Assembly: GCA_963667255.1 (NCBI GenBank)
Contig: OY762940.1
Span: forward strand, 1,152,001 to 1,216,000
Source of the DNA: Candidatus Cloacimonadota bacterium
GTDB lineage: Bacteria > Cloacimonadota > Cloacimonadia > G963667145
Reading direction: 5' to 3'
Length of the DNA: 64,000 bases
The notes beneath the pieces were generated by a model. The model made no database searches, had not been told where the DNA came from, and was given only the letters and a program-made list of their open reading frames with translations. The translations under genes and the position numbers were made by a program. How positions within the stretch are numbered: the stretch's first letter is position 1; every line of letters begins with the position of its first letter. Shown piece by piece: positions 31,008-39,850 of the stretch.

Positions 31008-31781
31008 ATGTCAAAAAAAATAAAACGCAAGAAAGGGTTTTTGCAGGAATGGATTGAAGCCATTTTGTTTGCTTTGGTCGTTGCGATGATTATTCGCAAT
31101 TACACATTCCAAAACTTCAAGATTCCTTCCGGCTCGATGGAAAAAAGTCTTTTGGTCGGGGATTATCTTATTGCGAATAAATTGAAGTTTTATTTTGATG
31201 AACCCAAAAGATTTGATATCGTCACTTTTCGCAATCCTGCACAAGCTGATGAGCCCGGCTTGCCATGCACACAGAACGAGTTTAGGGACACCAGACGAGA
31301 CTATCTCAAAATTTATCCGCCTTTGTATTGGGACAAAAAAGATTGGTTCTATTTCGGGATTGACAAGATAACTTTTTTGGGGATTTGCTACTACGCTCGG
31401 GCGAATTTGGTGAAGAGAGTGATAGGGATGTCGGGCGACACTGTGGAGATAAAAGACAGGGTTACTTACATCAATGGGCAAGAGATTGCCGAGCCATTTG
31501 TGAACAATATTTTATCCCAAATTTTGCCTCGCTACACTGGAATTGACCAGCTGGATATTTTTTGGGGAGATGAGTTTATGGGGTCGATTGATAATTTTGG
31601 ACCGGTCGTCGTTCCTGACGGGAAATATTTTGTGATGGGAGACAATCGGCAAAACAGTTTTGACAGTAGATTTTGGGGATTTTTGGATAGAGACGACATC
31701 AACGGAACACCTTATTTGATTTTGTTTTCCGTTGGCGAAAATGGTCTGAGAAGCGGAAGATTTTTCAAAAGAATAAGATAG
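31008..31781 (+). CDS. lepB: Signal peptidase I
   Basis: IPSGSME (Ser), LVKRVIG (Lys), MGDNRQNSFDSRFWG. Confidence 0.95.
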   Translation: MSKKIKRKKGFLQEWIEAILFALVVAMIIRNYTFQNFKIPSGSMEKSLLVGDYLIANKLKFYFDEPKRFDIVTFRNPAQADEPGLPCTQNEFRDTRRDYLKIYPPLYWDKKDWFYFGIDKITFLGICYYARANLVKRVIGMSGDTVEIKDRVTYINGQEIAEPFVNNILSQILPRYTGIDQLDIFWGDEFMGSIDNFGPVVVPDGKYFVMGDNRQNSFDSRFWGFLDRDDINGTPYLILFSVGENGLRSGRFFKRIR

Positions 31782-31798
31782 TTTTAAGGAGATAAGTA

Positions 31799-33298
31799 GT
31801 GGCAAAGACAGCAATAAATCCAACGAGAGAGCAAAATTATCCGCTGTGGTATCAAGAGGTGATAAAGGCTGCTGATATGGCGGAGAGCAGTTCTGTTAGG
31901 GGTTGCATGGTTATCAAGCCTTGGGGATATGCTATTTGGGAAAATATTCGCAAAGCCTTGGACAAAGAGTTCAAGCGAACTGGTCACAAAAATGCGTATT
32001 TCCCGTTATTTATTCCCAAAAGCTATTTGGAAAAAGAGGCTGAACATGTGGAAGGCTTTGCCAAAGAGTGTGCTGTGGTTACTCACTCTCGATTGGAGAA
32101 AGTCGAAGGTCAAGAAGGTTTGGTTCCCGCAGGTAAGCTGACTCAAGAGTTGGTGGTGCGACCGACATCCGAGACGATAATCGGCGAGTCTTTTTCCAAA
32201 TGGGTAAACTCTTACAAAGATTTGCCTTTGCTCATCAATCAATGGGCTAATGTTGTCAGATGGGAGTTGAGACCGAGGCTGTTTTTGCGAACTGCCGAAT
32301 TTTTGTGGCAAGAGGGTCACACCGTTCATTCCACCGCTGACGAGGCTGTCCAAGAGACCTTAATGATTTTGGATATTTACGCCGATTTTTGCAAAGAGAT
32401 ATTGGCGATGCCTGTGCTAAAGGGCAAAAAGACGGAATCGGAGAAATTCCCCGGAGCTGCGGATACATATTGTGTGGAAGCGATGATGCAGGACAAAAAG
32501 GCTTTGCAAGCCGGAACGAGCCACTTTTTGGGACAAAATTTTGCCAAATCTTCCGAAATAAAATTTCAGAATAAAGACGGAGAGATGGAATACGCTTGGA
32601 CGACTTCTTGGGGAGTTTCCACGCGTCTGATAGGCGGGCTTATTATGGCTCATTCCGATGATGACGGACTGATATTACCACCGAGAGTCGCTCCAGCACA
32701 GATAGTTTTGTTGCCCATTTACAAAAATCCTGAGGACGCAAAAAAAGTGCTGAGCTACTTGGAAGAGTTGAAGAAAGATTTGGAAAATATTTCGTATCAC
32801 GGCGAAAATTTGGTTGTGATTTTGGATGATAGCGACGCTACCTCTTCCGCTCGCAGTTGGGATTGGATAAAAAAAGGTGTTCCTGTCAGAGTTGAGGTTG
32901 GTTTGCGAGACTTGGAAAAGGACTCTTTGTTTGTTGGCAGGAGAGATAAGGCTCACAAGGGCAAAGAGAGCATTTTGCGGGAGGATTTTTTGTCGCAAAT
33001 AGTTTCCACTTTGGACAGTATTCATCACAATATTTACAACAAAGCAAAATCTTTCCTTGATGACAACATAAAGAAAATTGATACAAAAGATGAGTTTTAC
33101 GAGATTTTCAAGAGCAAGAACAAGCAACTCTTTGCTTTGTCTCATTGGTGTGGTTGTGCGGAGTGCGAAGAGGCTGTCAAGCAGGATTTAAAAGCGACAA
33201 TTAGGTGCATTCCTTTTTCTTCTGAGAGCGAAGAGGGCAAATGTATTTATTGCGGGAAGCCCAGTAAAAAAAGGGTTATTTTCGCTAAATCTTATTAA
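31799..33298 (+). CDS. proS: Proline-tRNA ligase, archaeal/eukaryote-like type
   Basis: VRPTSET, QWANVVRWE, FLRTAEFLWQEGHT, ALQAGTSH.LGQNF, C-terminal Zn site ending FAKSY. Confidence 0.97.
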   Translation: MAKTAINPTREQNYPLWYQEVIKAADMAESSSVRGCMVIKPWGYAIWENIRKALDKEFKRTGHKNAYFPLFIPKSYLEKEAEHVEGFAKECAVVTHSRLEKVEGQEGLVPAGKLTQELVVRPTSETIIGESFSKWVNSYKDLPLLINQWANVVRWELRPRLFLRTAEFLWQEGHTVHSTADEAVQETLMILDIYADFCKEILAMPVLKGKKTESEKFPGAADTYCVEAMMQDKKALQAGTSHFLGQNFAKSSEIKFQNKDGEMEYAWTTSWGVSTRLIGGLIMAHSDDDGLILPPRVAPAQIVLLPIYKNPEDAKKVLSYLEELKKDLENISYHGENLVVILDDSDATSSARSWDWIKKGVPVRVEVGLRDLEKDSLFVGRRDKAHKGKESILREDFLSQIVSTLDSIHHNIYNKAKSFLDDNIKKIDTKDEFYEIFKSKNKQLFALSHWCGCAECEEAVKQDLKATIRCIPFSSESEEGKCIYCGKPSKKRVIFAKSY

Positions 33299-33313
33299 AA
33301 TTTTGGAAATTGA

Positions 33314-34882
33314 ATGAAACGATTGGTTATTGGGATGGGGACTTGTGGCAAATCTGTCGGAGCCGGCAAGGTTTTGGAGAAAGCTCGCGAGTTATTGAGC
33401 CGGAATAAAAGCTTGGTTGAGTTGGACACCACAGGTTGTATCGGTATGTGCTATAACGAGCCGTTGGTTTTTGTGGAAGGCGAAGACCATCAACGGACAG
33501 TGTATGCTCGCGTTACTCCAGAAGTTTTGGAAACGATTTTTGAGGAGCATCTGCTGGGTGATAATGTCGTTATAAGTCACAGGATAATGGACCAGCAAGC
33601 GAATTTGGCAAAAGCTTTTTTCCCCAAACAAAAGAGGATTGCCATAAGAAATATTGGGAAACTCAATCCGGAATCTTTCGAAGATTATGAGAATAGGGAA
33701 GGCTTCAGGGCGTTACAAAAGGTCTTAGAAAGTTCAAAGAATGCGATTTTGTCTGTTTTGCAAAGTTGTGGTTTTGAAAATCTCGGAAAATATGAGAATA
33801 GTGCTGTAGATAATATTCCGAAGAAGAAAACGGTCATAATCTGCAATGCAGATTGTTGGGAAAATTCTGCCTTCATTGACAGGTCGCTTTTGGAAGGCAA
33901 TCCGTTTCTAATTATCGAGGGAATGCTGATTGCCGGTTACGCTCTTGGTGCTGACGAAGGCTACATTTCAGTTAGTTCTGAGTTCCCTTACGCAATTGAA
34001 TTTTTGCAAAATGCGATAGAAATCTTAAAAGAAAATAGGGTTCTTGGCAAAAATATTTTTGGAAGTGATTTTAGTTTTGATTTGCATATAAGAGAGGGAG
34101 TTGGAGAGTTTATCGGCATTGGCGACACCTTTTTAGCCTCAAGAGTTGAGAAGAGCGATAGCTTCGTAGAGGTAGAAAATTTTGCTTTCGCCAACTTTGG
34201 CTTGACCAATACTCTTGTTGAGATTGGGACTACCGAGATTTTTGCCAAAATTCCGTGGATAATCTTGAATGGTGCGGAGGAGTGTAAGCAAAATCAGACA
34301 AAAGTTTTGGTCATTTCTGGTAAGATTAACCGCTCGGGATTGATAGAAGCCCCTATTGGAGCAACATTTAGAGAGATAATTTTTGATATTGGCGGTGGGA
34401 TGAAAGATGATGGCATGTTCAAGGCTGCGTTGGTAGGTGGTCTTTCGGGCTTTTGTATTTCGGAGGAACAGTTGGATTTCCCCATAGATTGTGAGTCAAT
34501 TGCCCAGATAGGATTTGCTGCGGATTTTAGCAACATCGTTGTGATGGACGAAAGTTCTTGTATGGTTGATGTGGCGAGACATTCGCTTTTATTTGCATTG
34601 AGAGAGAGTTGCGGTAAATGTTTGTCGTGCAGAATAGGGGTAAGAAAACTGTTTGATATTTTAGAAAGAATAGTAGCTGGCAAGGGGAGAAGTGAAGATT
34701 TGGACACTCTTCGGGAGATAGCTGAGGATATCAAAAAATCTGCTTGTTGTGTCGTTGGGAAATCTGCTGCCGATACGGTTTTGTCAACATTGGAATTTTT
34801 TAAAGCCGAATATATTGAGCATATAGAAGGGAAAAAATGTCGTGCGGAAGTTTGCAAATTTGGAGTCACGGAGGTTGTTTAA
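33314..34882 (+). CDS. Divergent HydB/NuoF-like Fe-S protein lacking canonical FMN/NAD motifs
   Basis: Thioredoxin-like 2Fe-2S domain (GMGTCG, GCIGMC..EP), DRSLLEGNP..IIEGM, SLBB region, ESCGKCLSCRIG...C, EH...KKCRAEVC; GRGGAGFP and CGEET absent. Confidence 0.85.
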   Translation: MKRLVIGMGTCGKSVGAGKVLEKARELLSRNKSLVELDTTGCIGMCYNEPLVFVEGEDHQRTVYARVTPEVLETIFEEHLLGDNVVISHRIMDQQANLAKAFFPKQKRIAIRNIGKLNPESFEDYENREGFRALQKVLESSKNAILSVLQSCGFENLGKYENSAVDNIPKKKTVIICNADCWENSAFIDRSLLEGNPFLIIEGMLIAGYALGADEGYISVSSEFPYAIEFLQNAIEILKENRVLGKNIFGSDFSFDLHIREGVGEFIGIGDTFLASRVEKSDSFVEVENFAFANFGLTNTLVEIGTTEIFAKIPWIILNGAEECKQNQTKVLVISGKINRSGLIEAPIGATFREIIFDIGGGMKDDGMFKAALVGGLSGFCISEEQLDFPIDCESIAQIGFAADFSNIVVMDESSCMVDVARHSLLFALRESCGKCLSCRIGVRKLFDILERIVAGKGRSEDLDTLREIAEDIKKSACCVVGKSAADTVLSTLEFFKAEYIEHIEGKKCRAEVCKFGVTEVV

Positions 34883-35339
34883 CATCGTTTTATATCAGCC
34901 GGAAATAGCTCTGAATACTGGCAATATCGGGCGACTTTGCGTTGGTAGTGGCTCAAAGTTGCATCTGATAAGACCGATGAGATTTATGATAGATGATAAG
35001 AGTATTCGTCGTTCGGGACTCGATTATTGGGAGAAGTTGCACTATCGACTTTATGATGATTGGGAAGATTTTTTGAGCTCCAATTCCGGCGGACGGTTCT
35101 ACCTTGCCACAACTAAATCGAGCAGGGTTTACTCTTCCGTTACCTATGAAGAGAACGATTTCTTGATTTTTGGTCCGGAAAGCAGAGGATTGCCGGAAGA
35201 GATTTTGAACAAGTATTCCGCCAGCACCATTACTATCCCTATGCATCCCGACATTCGCTCTATTAATCTCAGCAATAGCGTGGCGATTGTTTTGTATGAG
35301 GCTGGCAGACAAAGAGGTTTTGAATGGAAAAGTTTGTAA
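34875..35339 (+). CDS. trmL: tRNA (cytidine/uridine-34 2'-O)-methyltransferase
   Basis: IVLYQPEI..NTGNIGR.C, RRSGLDYW, FGPESRGLP, RSINLSN; TTG start inferred. Confidence 0.93.
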   Translation: MFNIVLYQPEIALNTGNIGRLCVGSGSKLHLIRPMRFMIDDKSIRRSGLDYWEKLHYRLYDDWEDFLSSNSGGRFYLATTKSSRVYSSVTYEENDFLIFGPESRGLPEEILNKYSASTITIPMHPDIRSINLSNSVAIVLYEAGRQRGFEWKSL

Positions 35340-36574
35340 TTAATGGAAAAAAGAAGCTCTCTGGTTCGGTTCGTATCGGAGGAGCAAAAAACGCTGTTTT
35401 GCCTATTATGGCTGCTGCGATGCTTGCCAGAGGCGAGTTTGTTTTGGAAAACATTCCTCAACTCCAAGACATAAAATTTATGTCTCATCTTTTGGAAACC
35501 ATGGGTGTGAAGGTTGAGCATGTTGGCTCCACGATGAGATTGAACACGGGAAATGTGTTTTTTCAGGAAGCTCCCTACGATATAGTCCGCAAGATGCGGG
35601 CGTCTATCTATGTGTTGGCTCCGCAACTTGCTCTGATGGGAAAAGCTGTGGTTTCTTTCCCCGGAGGTTGTGCCATAGGTGCTCGTCCTGTCGATTTGCA
35701 CTTGAAAGCGATGGAGGCTTTGGGGGCTAAGATTCAAATCAATCACGGAAATATTTCGGCTTCAGTAAGCAAATTAAAAGGTTGTTCGTTCTATTTTGAA
35801 AAGATTTCCGTAGGGGCTACAGCCAATATGTTGATGGCGGCTTGTTTGGCTGAAGGAGAAACGATAATAGACAATGTTGCCAAAGAGCCTGAAATTGCCG
35901 ATTTGTGTAACTTCCTGATGAAAATGGGTGCTAATATTTCAGGGATAGGAAGCTCTACCCTAAAAGTGCAGGGCGTTTCTTCTTTGCACGCTTGCGATTA
36001 TGAGGTTATTCCCGATAGAATAGAGGCGGGAACTTTTCTTTTGGCAGGAGCGATTACAAAAAGCGAGATTACTGTAGATAACTGTGTCCCTGAGCAATTA
36101 AAAGCACTTTTGCAGAAGATGGAAGAAACTGGATGCAAATTCACTATCGGCGAAAGGAAAATAACCGTTCATCCACCGAAAAAGATATTGTCGGCAAAAA
36201 AAGTTATAACTTCGGAATATCCGGGGTTTCCCACCGATTTGCAGGCACAATTTATGGCATATATGGGGATTTCCGCTGGGAGTTGCATCATTGAGGATGT
36301 GATTTTCCCTGACCGCTTTATGCATGTCGCCGAGCTTAGTCGCTTGGGAGCAAATATCCAGATTGATAAGAATATAGCACTTGTGGAGGGCGTGGACTCT
36401 TATAGTGGAGCCAAAGTTATGGCAACAGATTTACGAGCCAGTGCCGCTTTGGTTTTGGCAGGTCTTGCCAGCGACAATACTACGGAAATAATGAGAATTT
36501 ATCATATCAGAAGAGGTTACGAACAGATAGAAGAAAAACTGCGAAAGTTGGGTGCAGATATCAAAGCCATCTAA
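35324..36574 (+). CDS. murA: UDP-N-acetylglucosamine 1-carboxyvinyltransferase
   Basis: GAKNAVLP, KMRAS, PGGCAIGARPVDLH (catalytic Cys), PGFPTDLQ, ATDLRAS. Confidence 0.98.
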   Translation: MEKFVINGKKKLSGSVRIGGAKNAVLPIMAAAMLARGEFVLENIPQLQDIKFMSHLLETMGVKVEHVGSTMRLNTGNVFFQEAPYDIVRKMRASIYVLAPQLALMGKAVVSFPGGCAIGARPVDLHLKAMEALGAKIQINHGNISASVSKLKGCSFYFEKISVGATANMLMAACLAEGETIIDNVAKEPEIADLCNFLMKMGANISGIGSSTLKVQGVSSLHACDYEVIPDRIEAGTFLLAGAITKSEITVDNCVPEQLKALLQKMEETGCKFTIGERKITVHPPKKILSAKKVITSEYPGFPTDLQAQFMAYMGISAGSCIIEDVIFPDRFMHVAELSRLGANIQIDKNIALVEGVDSYSGAKVMATDLRASAALVLAGLASDNTTEIMRIYHIRRGYEQIEEKLRKLGADIKAI

Positions 36575-36595
36575 TTGATTTAACTTTAGATAAAA

Positions 36596-36626
36596 AAAAG
36601 AGGTCGCAAGTTTTGTGACCTCTTTT
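36596..36626. terminator. Bidirectional intrinsic terminator between convergent murA and deaminase genes
   Basis: aaaagaggtcgcaa-gtt-ttgtgacctctttt, A-tract on the left and T-tract on the right. Confidence 0.85.
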
Positions 36627-36644
36627 CCGGTTTTAAGACTAAAT

Positions 36645-38051
36645 CTACTTTTCTCTTTTCGTAAAATCTATGCCTGTGGACTTGCAAGCTTTTTCCAAAA
36701 TTCTTCCAGCTAACTCATTTTGTCGTTTTATTAAGTTGTTAATATCAAAATTGTGTTTACCGTTTTCGATGATAATCTCTCCATTTATGATGGAAGTGTC
36801 CACGGAATTGGTGTCTTGGCAGAAAATCAAAGCGGCAACAGGGTCGCTCATCCCACCGGCATAAGCAATCCTATTCATATCAAAAGCAACGATATCTGCA
36901 CATTTGCCTTCTTCCAAGCTACCAATATCGTCTCGACCCAAAGCCAAAGCTCCGCCTTTGGTAGCCATCCACAGAACATCGCGGGCAGAGAGCCAATTTT
37001 TCTTATCTTCGCGGAGTCGAGACAACAACATAGCAAGTCTTGCTTCAGCCAGCATATTCGAGGAATCGTTGGAGGCAGAGCCGTCCACGCCCAGCCCTAC
37101 GCTCACTCCGGCATCTAACATCTCTCTTATTCTGGCAATTCCCGAGCCAAGACGCATATTGGACGAGGGGCAATGGGAAATTCCCATTCTTCTTTCTCCC
37201 ATTAGGCTTATCTCTTCATCACTCAGGTGGATTGAGTGAGCTGTCCAAGAGTTTTGGGCAATCCAACCCAAATCGTCCAAGTATTTTGCTGGACGAGCAC
37301 CAAATTTTTCCAAGCAGAAATTCTCTTCATCTTTTGTCTCAGCAAGGTGAGTGTGAATCATCAAATTATGCTCTTTGGCAAACTTTGCGACATCTTTCAT
37401 TTGCTCGCCTGTAACAGAAAACGGAGAGCACGGTGCGAGGCTAATTCGGAGCATAGAGCCGTATGATGAGTCGTGATAGAGATTGAGAAGCCTTTTGCTA
37501 TCTTCCAAAATCTCGTCAGTATTTTGCACCACATTGTCGGGTGGTAGCCCTCCGTCTTTGTCGGAAAGTGTCATGGAGCCTCGTGTAGGTTGGAAACGGA
37601 TTTTTAGCTCTTTCGCAGCACGGATTTCTTCGTCAATCAGTTTCCCGTCAGTGTCTTTTGGGAATAAATACATATGGTCGGAAGAGGTCGTGCAACCTGT
37701 TAGCATCAATTCCAATAGCCCGACTTTTGCGGAGATGTAAACGCATTCGTTATCAATCCCTTTCCACACTTTGTAGTGGTTTGTGAGCCAAGGGAAAAGC
37801 TCTTTATCTTGCATTCGGGGGACATTGCGGGTCAAAGTCTGAAAGAGATGATGATGGCAATTCACCATACCCGGCATTACCAATTTGCCACTGGCATCGA
37901 TTACCTTATCAAATTTTTCGTCAGCTTTCGGGGAATAGTTCATAGATTTGATAATGTTGTTCTCTATCAAGATGCAAACATTTTTCAATTCGTCTTTGTT
38001 CTGATTTTGGGTTATCACAATCAGTGGATTTTTAATTAAAATTTTACTCAT
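36645..38051 (-). CDS. Amidohydrolase, 8-oxoguanine deaminase-like
   Basis: PGMVNCHHHLFQTLTR, LAPCSPFSV, HTHLAET, HCPSSNMRLGSG, GVDGSASND. Confidence 0.85.
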   Translation of the reverse strand: MSKILIKNPLIVITQNQNKDELKNVCILIENNIIKSMNYSPKADEKFDKVIDASGKLVMPGMVNCHHHLFQTLTRNVPRMQDKELFPWLTNHYKVWKGIDNECVYISAKVGLLELMLTGCTTSSDHMYLFPKDTDGKLIDEEIRAAKELKIRFQPTRGSMTLSDKDGGLPPDNVVQNTDEILEDSKRLLNLYHDSSYGSMLRISLAPCSPFSVTGEQMKDVAKFAKEHNLMIHTHLAETKDEENFCLEKFGARPAKYLDDLGWIAQNSWTAHSIHLSDEEISLMGERRMGISHCPSSNMRLGSGIARIREMLDAGVSVGLGVDGSASNDSSNMLAEARLAMLLSRLREDKKNWLSARDVLWMATKGGALALGRDDIGSLEEGKCADIVAFDMNRIAYAGGMSDPVAALIFCQDTNSVDTSIINGEIIIENGKHNFDINNLIKRQNELAGRILEKACKSTGIDFTKREK

Positions 38052-38147
38052 TTTGTCTCCTTGTCAAAAAACTCATCCGCAATAGCCACAAATTTGAATT
38101 TTTTTGTCAAATTTTTTATGTTTTTGTGTAATAAATAAACAAAACTG

Positions 38148-38200
38148 TTGACATTTTCATTATAACTATAATAAAGTCATTTAAAATCACAAAAAGTCAT
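38148..38200 (+). promoter_or_regulatory. dcw promoter with three 10-bp-period direct repeats (putative MraZ operator)
   Basis: TTGACA 38148-38153; aaagtcat 38173, aaaatcac 38183, aaagtcat 38193; RBS AGGAG follows. Confidence 0.6.
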
Positions 38201-38215
38201 TATTCAGGAGAGAAT

Positions 38216-38650
38216 ATGTCCGGAAGGTTTAATGGAATTTCAGAGGTAACGCTAAACCAATACAGGATTGTTATACCTACTCAGATGAAAGAAAAATTTT
38301 CTCCAGAATCTTTTGGCAGAGTGGTTTTGACAATCGGTGTAGGCAAGTCTATCGCTCTATATCCGCTGGATAATTGGGACGAATATTGTGCGAGAATGGA
38401 AGAGGGGACGGACGAGCAAGTTGCGATTATTGACTATTTGGCAGATTATGCAAAAGAGCAAAAAATTGAGGCTTCAGGTCGTGTTAAAATTTGCCAAGAG
38501 CTTTTGGAATATGCAGGCATAGATGAGAAGGCTATTTTAAAAGGGAACGGTAACTACATTTCACTTTGGTCGCCAGAAGAGCACAAACTGAAAATTGAAG
38601 AAGGACTTAAAAAATTCCCGAATTTAACCCCAAAAGATTTGAGAGGATAA
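38216..38650 (+). CDS. mraZ: Transcriptional regulator MraZ (divergent)
   Basis: F.G...RIVIP, LYPLDNW, SGRV.I...LLEYAGI, G.GNYISLW; first gene of the dcw cluster. Confidence 0.85.
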   Translation: MSGRFNGISEVTLNQYRIVIPTQMKEKFSPESFGRVVLTIGVGKSIALYPLDNWDEYCARMEEGTDEQVAIIDYLADYAKEQKIEASGRVKICQELLEYAGIDEKAILKGNGNYISLWSPEEHKLKIEEGLKKFPNLTPKDLRG

Positions 38651-38651
38651 T

Positions 38652-39548
38652 GTGACTAAACATATACCTGTGTTGTTGGACGAGAGTATTGATTTGTTAA
38701 ATATCAAATCTAACGGCGTTTATGTTGACCTTACGCTGGGCGAAGCCGGACACACCAAGAAAATTTTGGAATCTAATCCTGATTGTTTTGTTTTTGGCAT
38801 CGATAGAGACCAAAGAGCCATTGACTACGGGACAAAAGTTTTGTCTGACTTTATGGGAAGATTTACACTAATCAAAACTGACTTTGCATCTTTCCGCTCG
38901 GAATTGGCTTTGCACAAGGTTGGCAAAGTTGACGGAATTTTATTGGATTTGGGGGTTTCGACTGTGCAAGTGTTATCAGCGGAGAGAGGGTTCAGCTACA
39001 CCAACGACGGACAATTGGATATGCGGATGGACACTTCGTCTGAGTTGAGTGCGAAGAAGGTGATTAACACTTTCAGCAGAGACGAACTAAAGCGAATAAT
39101 TTATGAATTTGGCGAAGAGAAGAAAGCTGGATATTATGCCAGTCAAATTGAAAAAAATCGACCGTTGGAGACTACAGCCGAGTTGGCGGAGATAATTGGC
39201 AAGCACGACAAAAAATCTTTGTCCAGAGTGTTTCAGGCGTTCAGAATATTTGTAAACAAAGAGTTGGAGCAGATTTCCGAAGTTATCCCCAAAGCGATAG
39301 ATGCGTTAAAAATAGGTGGCAGATTGGTGATAATTTCCTACCACAGCAAGGAAGACAGAATTGTGAAGTCGCTATTCAAACAATATGCAGAGAGTTGTAT
39401 CTGTCCGCCTGGGTTGCCCGAATGCACTTGCGGGCATCAAGCCAAATTAAAGATTTTAACCAAAAAACCTATAACACCATCTGAATTGGAAATTGAAAAA
39501 AATAACAGGGCAAGAAGTGCCAAGTTGAGAGTGGCAGAAAGGAGATAA
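38652..39548 (+). CDS. rsmH: 16S rRNA m4C1402 methyltransferase
   Basis: HIPVLL.E, D.TLG.AGH, DLGVS, LDMRMD, FQA.RI.VN.EL, N.RARSAKLR. Confidence 0.97.
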   Translation: MTKHIPVLLDESIDLLNIKSNGVYVDLTLGEAGHTKKILESNPDCFVFGIDRDQRAIDYGTKVLSDFMGRFTLIKTDFASFRSELALHKVGKVDGILLDLGVSTVQVLSAERGFSYTNDGQLDMRMDTSSELSAKKVINTFSRDELKRIIYEFGEEKKAGYYASQIEKNRPLETTAELAEIIGKHDKKSLSRVFQAFRIFVNKELEQISEVIPKAIDALKIGGRLVIISYHSKEDRIVKSLFKQYAESCICPPGLPECTCGHQAKLKILTKKPITPSELEIEKNNRARSAKLRVAERR

Positions 39549-39550
39549 AG

Positions 39551-39850
39551 ATGAGGAGATTGATGATAGCTTTTTCGGTATTGTTGCTGTTTTTTGTGGT
39601 AATTGGGGAATTGAACAAGCAAGTTTTGCGTGAAAACACGAAAAAAATTAATATGTTGGAAAATTCTAACAGTCTTCTAATTGCGGAAAATAAGGACATT
39701 GAAAGCAAGGTTAATCAGTTGACACAGGAAGTTAAAGAAAAAATATTGTCGAATGGGAGCTTGAGTATGATTACTCCCAAAGAGATTTTTTATGCTAAAG
39801 TTGAAAAAGAGGAAGTTAATTTGGTATTTGTATTTACCGATAAAATATGA
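39551..39850 (+). CDS. Probable cell division protein FtsL
   Basis: Single TM plus coiled coil between rsmH and ftsI (positional call). Confidence 0.6.
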   Translation: MRRLMIAFSVLLLFFVVIGELNKQVLRENTKKINMLENSNSLLIAENKDIESKVNQLTQEVKEKILSNGSLSMITPKEIFYAKVEKEEVNLVFVFTDKI

